NCBI GenBank assembly: GCA_046754105.1
Contig: JBHHVD010000032.1
Coordinates: 1 to 31,607 of the forward strand
Direction: 5' to 3'
Origin: Candidatus Krumholzibacteriia bacterium
GTDB lineage: Bacteria > Krumholzibacteriota > Krumholzibacteriia > WVZY01
Length of the DNA stretch: 31,607 nucleotides
Positions 1 through 8,342 of the stretch are shown here, piece after piece. How positions within the stretch are numbered: position 1 is the stretch's first letter; the number at the start of each line of letters is the position of its first letter. A program made the position numbers and the translations under genes. The notes under the pieces are model-generated. The model had not been told where the DNA came from, searched no databases, and saw only the letters and a list, made by a program, of their open reading frames with translations.

Positions 1-2472
1 CAGCACCATCTTGCGGGTCTCGCGGTGGTTGCCTGCCACAAGCATGTAGTAGTACACCCCGCTGCCGACCTTGTCGCCGTTGTCGTTCGTTGCATCCCAA
101 CTCACGTTGTTGACGCCGCGGGCCGCCTCGCCGTCGAGCAGCGTTCGTACCCGCTTGCCACCGACATCGAAGATGGTCAGGCGAACGTGTTGCGCCTTCG
201 GCACGGCAAACGTGATGGATGTCGTGGGGTTGAACGGGTTCGGCGAATTCTGATCGAGACGAATGCCGACCAGTCCGGCGCTTGCTTTCTGCGGCATCGA
301 CATCACTTCGCCGCTCGGCTCCACGGCGCCGATTCGGTACGTGTATTCCCGTCCGGGATCTACCTGCCGATCCACGAAGTCGCGGCTGTCCGGAGCGAGC
401 AAGCCATCCTTGTTGAGCGTCTGGAACTCCTCGCCTCCCTTCGAGCGGTACACGTTGTAGCCGATGACGTCGACCGCTTCCCTTACATCCCACAGTAGCC
501 GAATTGCATTGACGTCCGCCCGCACACGGAACGCCTGGAAGGCAACGGGCACCGGCGGTTGGATGAGGATTATCGTGACGCATTGTTCCGTCCAGCCGGG
601 GTCCGTCACGGGGTTGACCGTGTACGTCGCGGTCTGGACCGACGGGGAGATGATCGACGGAAAGTTGATTCCCGCGTTCGGAGGCACGAAACTCGCTCCC
701 GGACTCAGGACCGGCGTCGTGCCCGCGACCGAGGCGGGATTACCCAGATCGGTCAACGTGCCGGGTCCCGCGGCCGACACCGAGTAATCGTACGCGCGGG
801 GCGCGGTCGCAGTGTTGGTGATCGAGAAGCCGCTCAGTGTAAAAACCGGCACCGTGCTGAACGCGGGGATGACCGTGTTCGCCGGGCACGTGAGTGCCGT
901 CAGATTGCAGTTCAGCCCGGCGTAATAGATCTCCTGTTCGGGCGCTAACGACGGGCGTCGCGTATCCGTCCACAGGGCGTGAAATCCATTCAAGCCCCCG
1001 CTGGCAAGGCCGTTGTAGTCGCCGAAAAATGAATTGCCCGAGAACTGTCCCGTGTTGGGCTCGAAGCTGGCGTTCGTCACCCGAAAATTCGGGTCGAACG
1101 TCAGGCCCCCGTCGATGCTGTACGCCCCAAAAACGTTCATGAAATGGCAGTTTCCAATATCGACCCGGCTGTCGTACCAGATGACATGGATCGCACCTTT
1201 TTGCGACACCGCCATCCACGGGAAAATCTGCGCACAATCGACCGTGTCATCGTTGAGGGGAGTTACCGTTGACCAGGTCGCACCGTTGTCCGCGGACCGG
1301 GCGAAGATGATGTCCGTATCGGTGCCGACGTTCGACGGATCATCGGCCGCCACCACGTAGATGTGGTTCGGTCGCGTAAGATCGGCCTCGATGTTCGGGA
1401 ACGCATTGATCCGGAAACTGTTGCCCGGCATCGTGCCCGGCACGGACGCAACGGTGAACCCCGTCCCGAACGGCTGCGTCTGCTGCGTAAAACTCGCCCC
1501 GCCGTTGGTGGAACGCCACACTTCGATCCGCCCACCGAACCAGAATGTCACGAACAGGTCGCCGTTGGGGGCAACTTCCGGCTCGGAGCCCTGTACGAAG
1601 GACAAGCCGACGGACCCCGTCCCGACGTTGCCGGGAACCGGGAGCCGCAGGGGCACCGTCCAGGTGGCGCCTCCGTCGGAGGAGCTCGACACCATGATGT
1701 CGCCGCCCCCCAGGGGCGTAGCTCCGCCGGCCGGGTGGTTACCCGAGTAGAAGCGCGTCCACGTCATGTAGATGCGATCCTGAAAGGTACCGGAAGTCTG
1801 ATCCACCGTGATATAAGGCTTGTCTTCGAAATTTACCAGGCCGGAGCCGGGCCAGATGTTCGCCGCCACGGCCACGGTCGAGCCCCACGTGGCCCCACCG
1901 TCGCCGCTGCCAGCGACAAAAATACCGTTGTTCGCCTGAAACGGAGTCGCTCCGGGTCCGATCGCGATGTGCCCGTAAAAGACCGTTCCTTGTGTGTCGA
2001 ACTGCAAGCAAGGATCACCCCCGCGGAATGCGAACCCCAGTGGAAGTGCCACTCCGGTCACATGGTGGGTCCAGCTGGCGCCGCCGTCGGCGGAATACAC
2101 AACACCGTTGCCGGCGAACCCCGTCGTTATGACGCTGTAGTCGTTGACGCCGCCGACGATTCGGTTTGAATTGTTGGGGTCGACAGCGATGGACGTCTCG
2201 TTTTGTGGAGAGGTGCTCGCGGTCACGCGCACGTTAGGCCCGACGCTCACCTGGCCGAGTTCGAAGTCCCTGCGAACGGCCTGTGGCGGTGTGAGCGCGG
2301 ATGCCTCCCCGCCGGGCACGGACGACGTTACCGAGGGCTGTGCCGTTTGCATGTAGCTCGCTGTACCACCGGCGAACCCGGCGCGTACCAGCGCGCCCGT
2401 AATGCCCACCGCTCCAAGGACCACTGACATTGCGACGGCCGCGGGGACGGGCAACTTGTAACAGAGGCGCAT
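1..2472 (-). CDS. Secreted Asp-box (BNR) beta-propeller, sialidase-like protein with FN3-like domain and T9SS type A / FlgD-Ig-like CTD; 3' end runs off the window
   Basis: Translated by hand; absent from the ORF track because no stop codon is in the window. RBS AAAGGAGG precedes ATG at 2472. Hydrophobic N-terminus (MRLCYKLPVPAAVAMSVVLGAVGITGAL). Six Asp-box motifs: YSADGGASW, GSGDGGATW, SSSDGGATW, RSTNGGASF, RSADNGATW, YSIDGGLTF. FFGDYNGL near the propeller end, then PPVPVAFQAF...GYNVYRS, then LDQNSPNPFNPTTSITF...SGVYYYML...TRKMVL. 824 codons in the window. Confidence 0.9.
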   Translation of the reverse strand, partial: MRLCYKLPVPAAVAMSVVLGAVGITGALVRAGFAGGTASYMQTAQPSVTSSVPGGEASALTPPQAVRRDFELGQVSVGPNVRVTASTSPQNETSIAVDPNNSNRIVGGVNDYSVITTGFAGNGVVYSADGGASWTHHVTGVALPLGFAFRGGDPCLQFDTQGTVFYGHIAIGPGATPFQANNGIFVAGSGDGGATWGSTVAVAANIWPGSGLVNFEDKPYITVDQTSGTFQDRIYMTWTRFYSGNHPAGGATPLGGGDIMVSSSSDGGATWTVPLRLPVPGNVGTGSVGLSFVQGSEPEVAPNGDLFVTFWFGGRIEVWRSTNGGASFTQQTQPFGTGFTVASVPGTMPGNSFRINAFPNIEADLTRPNHIYVVAADDPSNVGTDTDIIFARSADNGATWSTVTPLNDDTVDCAQIFPWMAVSQKGAIHVIWYDSRVDIGNCHFMNVFGAYSIDGGLTFDPNFRVTNASFEPNTGQFSGNSFFGDYNGLASGGLNGFHALWTDTRRPSLAPEQEIYYAGLNCNLTALTCPANTVIPAFSTVPVFTLSGFSITNTATAPRAYDYSVSAAGPGTLTDLGNPASVAGTTPVLSPGASFVPPNAGINFPSIISPSVQTATYTVNPVTDPGWTEQCVTIILIQPPVPVAFQAFRVRADVNAIRLLWDVREAVDVIGYNVYRSKGGEEFQTLNKDGLLAPDSRDFVDRQVDPGREYTYRIGAVEPSGEVMSMPQKASAGLVGIRLDQNSPNPFNPTTSITFAVPKAQHVRLTIFDVGGKRVRTLLDGEAARGVNNVSWDATNDNGDKVGSGVYYYMLVAGNHRETRKMVL

Positions 2473-2614
2473 AGCAAACCTCCTTTAATTGGGAATGAAT
2501 AGTGCTTCGTAAGACGGGAACCCGTTCCACGGCGTGGAACCGCGAGTTGCGGGGACGGTCCGAAGCAGGGCTCCGGGCCGGCCGAGCGGGATTCCCTTGC
2601 TCGTGGAACGCGCC

Positions 2615-2643
2615 ATTGTACCACGGATTTGCGGCTTTCTCAA
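2615..2643 (-). promoter_or_regulatory. sigma70-type promoter for the Asp-box protein gene
   Basis: Minus strand reads TTGAGA-17 bp-TACAAT with an extended -10 TG (gTGgTACAAT), about 140 nt upstream of the ATG. Confidence 0.7.
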
Positions 2644-2919
2644 GCCTCAAAGCGCGGCCTTTGGGGGGGCACGCGATCTTGAGCGGCGACGGATGGCCCC
2701 GACCCGGGCGATGGAGCAACTTAGGCGGCGAATTGGAGATACGGCGACGCGGCCTGTTTGGCCCGATCCCTGCTTCCTTCGCTCCCTATGCACGTGCTAC
2801 ACTCCACGCCGCCGCGGGAGGTCGAACGCCGGCAGCCCGTCGCCACGGCGCTCGCTGGGGCGGATAGGTCCCGTGGAACGAGAGACGATAGCAACCCTGA
2901 GCATGCAAAAGGAGATTCT

Positions 2920-3588
2920 ATGAAAAGGACCATCACCCTTGGTATGGTGACGCTGCTCCTGGTGGGTACCCTCGGATGCTCATCCTGGAGCAACAAGAAA
3001 AAGGGAGCCGTTATCGGGGCAGGCGCGGGCGGTGTGGTCGGTGGGGTCATCGGCAAGAAGACCGGCAACACCGCCGTCGGCGCGATCCTCGGGGCAGCGA
3101 TCGGCGGCGCGGCGGGTCTGTGGATCGGCAGTTATATGGACCGGCAGGCCGCTGAAATCGAACGTGACATCGAGGGCGCCAGAATCGAACGCGTCGGTGA
3201 GGGTATCAAAATAACGTTCGATTCCGGTTTGATGTTCGATATCGACAAGGCGGTTCTCGGTAGCTCGAGCCGTCAGGAACTGGCGCAACTCGCGGAAATT
3301 CTCAACAAATACGAGGACACGGAAATCCTGCTGGAGGGCCACACGGACGCCACCGGCTCTGACGAGCATAACCTGCAGCTGTCGCGCCTGCGCGCCCAGG
3401 CCGTCGCCAACTACCTGTCGAGCGTCAACGTCAAGCCCACCCGCTTTACCGTCATGGGATACGGAGAGGATCAGCCGGTCGCGACGAACGATACCGGCAG
3501 CGGCCGCCAGCTAAACCGCCGGGTCGAGGTGGCGATTTTTGCCAATGACAAGTTGAAGAAAGCCGCCCGGGCGAAAAGCGGCGGATAG
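2920..3588 (+). CDS. OmpA-family lipoprotein (glycine zipper plus OmpA-like peptidoglycan-binding domain)
   Basis: RBS AAAGGAG before ATG at 2920. Lipobox TLGC. Glycine zipper GAVIGAGAGGVVGG...GAILGAAIGG. OmpA motifs EGHTD...NLQLSRLRAQAV...GYGEDQP...NRRVEV. Confidence 0.93.
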   Translation: MKRTITLGMVTLLLVGTLGCSSWSNKKKGAVIGAGAGGVVGGVIGKKTGNTAVGAILGAAIGGAAGLWIGSYMDRQAAEIERDIEGARIERVGEGIKITFDSGLMFDIDKAVLGSSSRQELAQLAEILNKYEDTEILLEGHTDATGSDEHNLQLSRLRAQAVANYLSSVNVKPTRFTVMGYGEDQPVATNDTGSGRQLNRRVEVAIFANDKLKKAARAKSGG

Positions 3589-3621
3589 ATCGCGATCGCT
3601 CGGCGCGCGAGGACTGTCTGA

Positions 3622-3675
3622 GCCGGAGTGCCACCGTTCCGGTGCCCGGCCCGCCGAACCCGTGGTTCCTGTTTT
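3622..3675 (+). terminator. Possible terminator hairpins between the convergent OmpA-family and hcrB-like genes
   Basis: GCCGG...CACCG-TTC-CGGTG...CCGGC stem at 3622-3650, then GAACC-CGT-GGTTC followed by CTGTTTT at 3656-3675. Confidence 0.35.
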
Positions 3676-3687
3676 GACGCATTGGGG

Positions 3688-4725
3688 TTAGATAACTGTT
3701 GCAGCAAGGTCGTGGCGGGCGATTCGAACGCGCGTGTCTCTCATGTCGTCTCCGCGTAACTCGCGAAGCGCGTAAATCACGAATTCGGACGCCACGCGCT
3801 TGCGCCACTGGAGCGTGAAGTCCGTATTGTCCATCGGCTTCGCTACCCTCGCGGCGATGGCCGCGGCCTCCGCGATCGTTTCGTTGGTTAGCTTCTTCCC
3901 GCGAAGGCAACCCGAGGCCGCTCCGCACAGCAGCGGCCGCGAGGCGGCGGCGCCCAACACAATCCGGGCGTCCTCCACCTTCCCGTTCTTCGTAAGTTTC
4001 GCCGCCGCCGCCACCGAGAACACCGGAAAATCGAACGCCCCTCGCCGCCGCAGCTTCCAGTACGTACTCTCCCAGCCGGACAGCGGTTCGAGCAGCACCC
4101 TCGTCACGATCTCGTCCGGACGTCGCCTGATGTAATCCACACCGTCATTCTCGTACAGGTCTGAGAACTCCACCGTTCGCTCACCGCTGGTCGACACCAA
4201 CTGAACGCGGGCTCCGAGCGAGAGCAGCGCCGGAGCGGTATCGGTCGAAGAGACGGCGAGACACCGCGAACTGGAGGGCGCCACCCAACAGACCTCACCA
4301 TCTTTCTTCAAGCAGTAGTCGACGGCCTTGCGCCATTCGTAGCTCTGGTCGTAGTACGTGCAGCGCGTGTCGAGGCAAATGTTCCCGCCCAGCGTGCCCA
4401 TGTTTCGCAGGTGCGGCGTGGCAATCTGGGCCGCCGCCTGCCACAACCCCGTATACCGCTCGCGGACGGCGGGGTTTCGAACCAGTTCGGTCAACGTCAG
4501 GCCGGCTCCCAGACCGAGCGCCGCGCCGTCGTCCACCACGCGTAACTCGTCCACACGACTCAGCGACACCAGTGTCGTCGGCGTTTGGTGCCGGCGCTTC
4601 ATGTTTGGCAGCAGGTCGGTGCCCCCGGCGACCAGCATGGCCCCAGGCCCCTCTCCAGCCAGGATCTTCGCAGCTTCGCCCACCCGGCGCGGCGCGTGGT
4701 AGCGGAAATACGGCAGGCGCATCAT
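3688..4725 (-). CDS. hcrB: Xanthine-dehydrogenase-family FAD subunit with [4Fe-4S] insertion; 4-hydroxybenzoyl-CoA reductase beta-subunit-like
   Basis: AGGTDL FAD motif and LRNMGTLGGNIC. The Cys-rich insert CLDTRC..YDQSYEWRKAVDYCLKKDGEVC..PSSSRC is typical of HcrB. KLRRRGAFDFP. Start ATG at 4725 overlaps the upstream stop (ATGA). Confidence 0.85.
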   Translation of the reverse strand: MMRLPYFRYHAPRRVGEAAKILAGEGPGAMLVAGGTDLLPNMKRRHQTPTTLVSLSRVDELRVVDDGAALGLGAGLTLTELVRNPAVRERYTGLWQAAAQIATPHLRNMGTLGGNICLDTRCTYYDQSYEWRKAVDYCLKKDGEVCWVAPSSSRCLAVSSTDTAPALLSLGARVQLVSTSGERTVEFSDLYENDGVDYIRRRPDEIVTRVLLEPLSGWESTYWKLRRRGAFDFPVFSVAAAAKLTKNGKVEDARIVLGAAASRPLLCGAASGCLRGKKLTNETIAEAAAIAARVAKPMDNTDFTLQWRKRVASEFVIYALRELRGDDMRDTRVRIARHDLAATVI

Positions 4726-7193
4726 TGTCGCTTGACTCCATCCAGTTTTGCGGCGCCTTTGCGCTCGGGGTCGTTCACGGGCTTGCCGTCGCCACCCTCC
4801 CACGGCGGCGGCACCCGTAACGGGTCCGGCCACGCCACATCCGGAAACGTGCGCGGACCGACACGCCCGGCACCTCCCCTGGCCTTGTCGTGCAGCGCTC
4901 TCGAAATCTTGTCCGCCGTAATCGGCACCTCGTCGATGCGGATACCGACAGCGTCGTAAACGGCGTTGGCCACCGCCGGCATGATCGGCAACAGGGGTCC
5001 CTGCCCCACCTCCTTCGCTCCGAACGGTCCCTTGGGGTCGGAGGTTTCTACGAGCTCGGTTACGACCTCCGGCATGTCGTGGCTGGTGAGGCTCTTGTAT
5101 TCCAACATCGATGGAAACTTGTGGACCAGCGCACCGGAGAGCTTCGCGGGCAGGCGCCGGAACACTTGTTCCTCCATCAAGGCCTCGCCGAGGCCCATGT
5201 AGACCCCTCCTTCGACCTGTCCCCGCACCAGAACCGGATTGATCGCCTGGCCGATGTCGTGGGCGATGTAAACCCGGGGCACTGTGATCCAGCCGGTGTC
5301 CGCGTCGATATCGACTTCGACCACCGCCGCCGTGTAGGAGTACGCCGTCGACGGCCCGACGCCCGCTCCCCTGAACCGGCCCGCAGCCTTCGGTGGTGCA
5401 TAGGACCCGGTACTACCCAGTGTGCCGTGCAGTTCCTCGGCGCAGACGACCGCGTCCGGCCATGCCATACCCCGATCGGGGTCTCTCGAATCGAACACGC
5501 GTCCCCCGGCGAAGGCGAGACCGTTCGCGGAGACGTCCAGTTTCTTCGCCACCGCCGAGGCCACGAGGTCCCTCACCCTTTCCGCCGCCTGAATCGCCGC
5601 GTTGCCCATCATGACCGTCACGCGGCTCGAGTACGACCCGAGGTCGACCGGCGTCAAGTCGGTGTCCCCGGTAACGCAGCGAATGTCGAACGGATCCACA
5701 CCGAGCACTTCGGCCACGACCGCGGCCAGCACGTCGTCGGAACCCTGGCCGATTTCGGTCGCGCCGCAAAAAACCGTCACGCCACCGGAACGATCGAGTT
5801 TTATCTGCACCCCCGAATGGGGCATCTTGTTGTAGTAAATGGGCAACCCCGCCCCGCACAGATAGGACGAGCACGCGATGCCCACTCCGTGCCCCTCGGG
5901 GAGCTTGCGAAACTTGTTCTTCCAGTCCGATATTTTTACGACGCGGCGGATACACTCGGCAAGACCGATGGTGCTGATGCTAAGGTAATTGGCGGTCAGG
6001 CTTTCGGGCTTCTCGACGATGCCGAGCCTCATGTCGGCCGGGTCGAGGGCGAGCGCTTCGGCAATCTTGTCCAGGTGGATCTCCTGGCCGAAACGCGGCT
6101 GCACGGTGGCATGCCCCCGCTTCGGCCCGCACGGTGGCTTGTTCGTGAACACTCGGCATCCCTGAAATTGATAGCGGGGTACGTGATAGGTAACCGTTTG
6201 CAGGGCGCCGGTGTAAAAGAGGCTCGCCACTCCGTAGGAGCCGTACGCGCCACCGTCGACCATCGTCTCGAGACGCATGCCTTCGATCTTGCCCTTCTTG
6301 CTAACGCCCGTCTTGAATCTCATCAACACAGGGTGCCGCCCGCGGTGGGCGTAGAATACCTCTTCGCGCGTCAGGCAAATCTTTACCGGGCGCCCCAATT
6401 CCAGCGCCGCCTTGGCCACGACGATCTCGTGGTTGAAAATATCGCTCTTGCCGCCGAACCCGCCGCCGTTTGGGCAGGCGATCACCCGGATGCGGGCCGC
6501 CGGCAACTCCAGCACCCTGGCCAGCGCGCGGTGCACGTAGTGCGGCGTCTGCGTGCTCGACCACAGGGTGAGTTTTCCGTCACGATCGACCTCGCCCACC
6601 GCGGCGTGCTGCTCGAGCGGCAGGTGCGTGTTGCCCTCGTAGAAGAACAGGTCCTCGAAGACCCGATCCGCTTTCGCCAGCGCCTCGTCGACGTCCCCGA
6701 ACTGCAGGGCCACGCGCTTGTGGACGTTGCCCTCTTCGCCGTAGTCGTGGATGCGCGGCTCCGGATGGGCCAGCGCGTCTTGCGGGTCAGCGATGGTTCG
6801 CAATGGCTCGTATTCGACGTCGATCAATTCGGCCGCTTGCGCTGCGGTCTGTTCGTCCCGTGCGATGACCGCCGCCACTGGGTCACCCACAAACCGCACC
6901 TTGTCGCCGCAAAGAGCCTGTTCGTCCTGGCTGACGGGCAGGATACCGAACTCGATCGGTAGATCCGCTCCCGTCAGGACGAGATGCACGCCGGGGCGGG
7001 ATTTGGCGCGTGATATGTCCAGACGTTTGATCCGCGCGTGGGGCACGGACGACCGCAGCATCTTGCAATGCACCATTCGCGGCAGGACGATGTCGTCGGC
7101 GAACCGGGTCGTGCCGGTGACCTTCGCCCGGCCGTCCACGCGGCGGCGAGGCAGGCCGATTACGTTGAACGAGCCCGCGCGGTCCCCGCTCAC
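4722..7193 (-). CDS. hcrA: Xanthine-dehydrogenase-family molybdopterin-binding subunit; 4-hydroxybenzoyl-CoA reductase alpha-subunit-like
   Basis: RVDGRAKVTG, GGGFGGK, HRGRHP, EIGQG, SYSSRVT, GQVEGG and GPFGAKEVGQG motifs. GTGA overlap with the upstream FeS subunit. Family assignment is firm; substrate is uncertain. Confidence 0.85.
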   Translation of the reverse strand: MSGDRAGSFNVIGLPRRRVDGRAKVTGTTRFADDIVLPRMVHCKMLRSSVPHARIKRLDISRAKSRPGVHLVLTGADLPIEFGILPVSQDEQALCGDKVRFVGDPVAAVIARDEQTAAQAAELIDVEYEPLRTIADPQDALAHPEPRIHDYGEEGNVHKRVALQFGDVDEALAKADRVFEDLFFYEGNTHLPLEQHAAVGEVDRDGKLTLWSSTQTPHYVHRALARVLELPAARIRVIACPNGGGFGGKSDIFNHEIVVAKAALELGRPVKICLTREEVFYAHRGRHPVLMRFKTGVSKKGKIEGMRLETMVDGGAYGSYGVASLFYTGALQTVTYHVPRYQFQGCRVFTNKPPCGPKRGHATVQPRFGQEIHLDKIAEALALDPADMRLGIVEKPESLTANYLSISTIGLAECIRRVVKISDWKNKFRKLPEGHGVGIACSSYLCGAGLPIYYNKMPHSGVQIKLDRSGGVTVFCGATEIGQGSDDVLAAVVAEVLGVDPFDIRCVTGDTDLTPVDLGSYSSRVTVMMGNAAIQAAERVRDLVASAVAKKLDVSANGLAFAGGRVFDSRDPDRGMAWPDAVVCAEELHGTLGSTGSYAPPKAAGRFRGAGVGPSTAYSYTAAVVEVDIDADTGWITVPRVYIAHDIGQAINPVLVRGQVEGGVYMGLGEALMEEQVFRRLPAKLSGALVHKFPSMLEYKSLTSHDMPEVVTELVETSDPKGPFGAKEVGQGPLLPIMPAVANAVYDAVGIRIDEVPITADKISRALHDKARGGAGRVGPRTFPDVAWPDPLRVPPPWEGGDGKPVNDPERKGAAKLDGVKRQ

Positions 7194-7702
7194 GACTTCA
7201 CCTCGGAACCCCTCGCGATAGCCGCTTCGACGGATTCAAAGATCTGCTGGTAACCGGTGCAACGGCACAAGACGCCCGAGAGCGCTTCACGGATTTGCTC
7301 CCGCGTAGGGTGGGGGACACGATCGAGCAATGCCTGGGCCGTCACCAGAATGCCCGGCGTGCAATAACCGCACTGTGCGCCGCCCAGGTCGGCGAACGCC
7401 TCCTGAAGGGGACGGAGTTTCACCGCGGCGGCCAGGCCTTCGACGGTCGTCACCCGCCGGCCCCCGCATTCCAGGGCCAGGGTCAGGCACGAGAGCACCG
7501 GCTCGCCGTCGAGGAGGACGGCGCACGCGCCGCACTCACCGAGCTCGCACCCGTGCTTGGTACCGGTGAGCTGGAGATCCTCGCGCAAAACCTCGAGCAA
7601 CGTCTTGTACGAGGCAAAGGAAACTGCGATCTCTTCACCGTTCACGACGAATCTGAGGTGAACCGTTTCCGCGACGGATTCTGGGTCGGACGCATCGCTC
7701 AT
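7190..7702 (-). CDS. hcrC: (2Fe-2S)-binding small subunit (HcrC/CoxS-like)
   Basis: GTKHGCELGECGAC...SC and QCGYCTPG...LCRCTGY motifs. RBS AGGCAGGAG before ATG at 7702. Confidence 0.88.
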   Translation of the reverse strand: MSDASDPESVAETVHLRFVVNGEEIAVSFASYKTLLEVLREDLQLTGTKHGCELGECGACAVLLDGEPVLSCLTLALECGGRRVTTVEGLAAAVKLRPLQEAFADLGGAQCGYCTPGILVTAQALLDRVPHPTREQIREALSGVLCRCTGYQQIFESVEAAIARGSEVKS

Positions 7703-7725
7703 CAGGTACTTCTCCTGCCTTTCGT

Positions 7726-7739
7726 TGTAATAGGTTACA
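7726..7739. promoter_or_regulatory. Palindromic operator-like site upstream of the hcr-like operon
   Basis: TGTAA-TAGG-TTACA, an AT-rich inverted repeat in GC-rich DNA, just upstream of the hcrC-like RBS. Confidence 0.4.
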
Positions 7740-7894
7740 CTTCGCGCCACATCCGGCTTTGCAGCGGGTCGAGACTACCATGGCCACGACCCCGCAGGCA
7801 ACCCATTGCGTGGCCCCCAGCCGCGAACGCGTCCACGTCCATACTCACACCGGGCCCAGCGACACAAAGCCATCTCTCTAATATGGGGAGGAGG

Positions 7895-8323
7895 TTAGTT
7901 GCTCGGAGCGCCGTCCGAGACCCACTGCCGTATGGCGCCGATTTGCTCCGGCGAGAGAAAGGGCGGTCCATTGGCCGGCATGCGCGACGCCTGGATCCCC
8001 GCCGCACCCTCGATCTTCATGACCAGGTAGCTGCTGTCCGGCTTGGTGGGGTCTATCCGCAGCAGGCGGGGCACTTCGATGCTCGGCACGCCCACGATGT
8101 TCGCGAACGCCTTGCCGGCGCTCAGGTCGAGGCCCAGAGGTGAGCCCGATCCGATGTGGCAGGAGGAAATCGCGCAGCGGACGCTGAAGATGTTGTCCTG
8201 AATGCTGCCGAACGTCGCCGCCTGCCCCCCACCGACGGCCTGCAGTGGCGGCGCATGTTCGCAGCCGAGCCCGAGCAACACGGGGAAGAAATACACGAGT
8301 AGGTGGGTCCGCAGGGTTCTCAT
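7895..8323 (-). CDS. Monoheme c-type cytochrome lipoprotein (CX4CH; planctomycete-cytochrome-c-like)
   Basis: Lipobox LGLGC after a hydrophobic stretch. CAISSCH heme motif, candidate axial Met in SRMP, C-terminal IRQWVSDGA. Paralogous to the N-domain of the adjacent gene. An alternative start is at 8335. Confidence 0.75.
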   Translation of the reverse strand: MRTLRTHLLVYFFPVLLGLGCEHAPPLQAVGGGQAATFGSIQDNIFSVRCAISSCHIGSGSPLGLDLSAGKAFANIVGVPSIEVPRLLRIDPTKPDSSYLVMKIEGAAGIQASRMPANGPPFLSPEQIGAIRQWVSDGAPSN

Positions 8324-8342
8324 GGTCGTCGACAATCAGAGT

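Noticed and set aside
25..2427. Many short plus-strand ORFs
   Set aside because: All lie opposite the continuous minus-strand gene 1..2472.
2524..2540. parS-like palindrome GTTCCAC-GGC-GTGGAAC
   Set aside because: A 3-bp insertion breaks the parS spacing and no parAB genes are in the window.
2758..2919. N-terminal extension of the OmpA-family ORF
   Set aside because: The RBS and lipoprotein signal define ATG 2920 as the start.
4890..6962. 690-aa plus-strand ORF
   Set aside because: Antisense shadow of the hcrA-like gene; no motifs, and such ORFs are typical of GC-rich codon bias.
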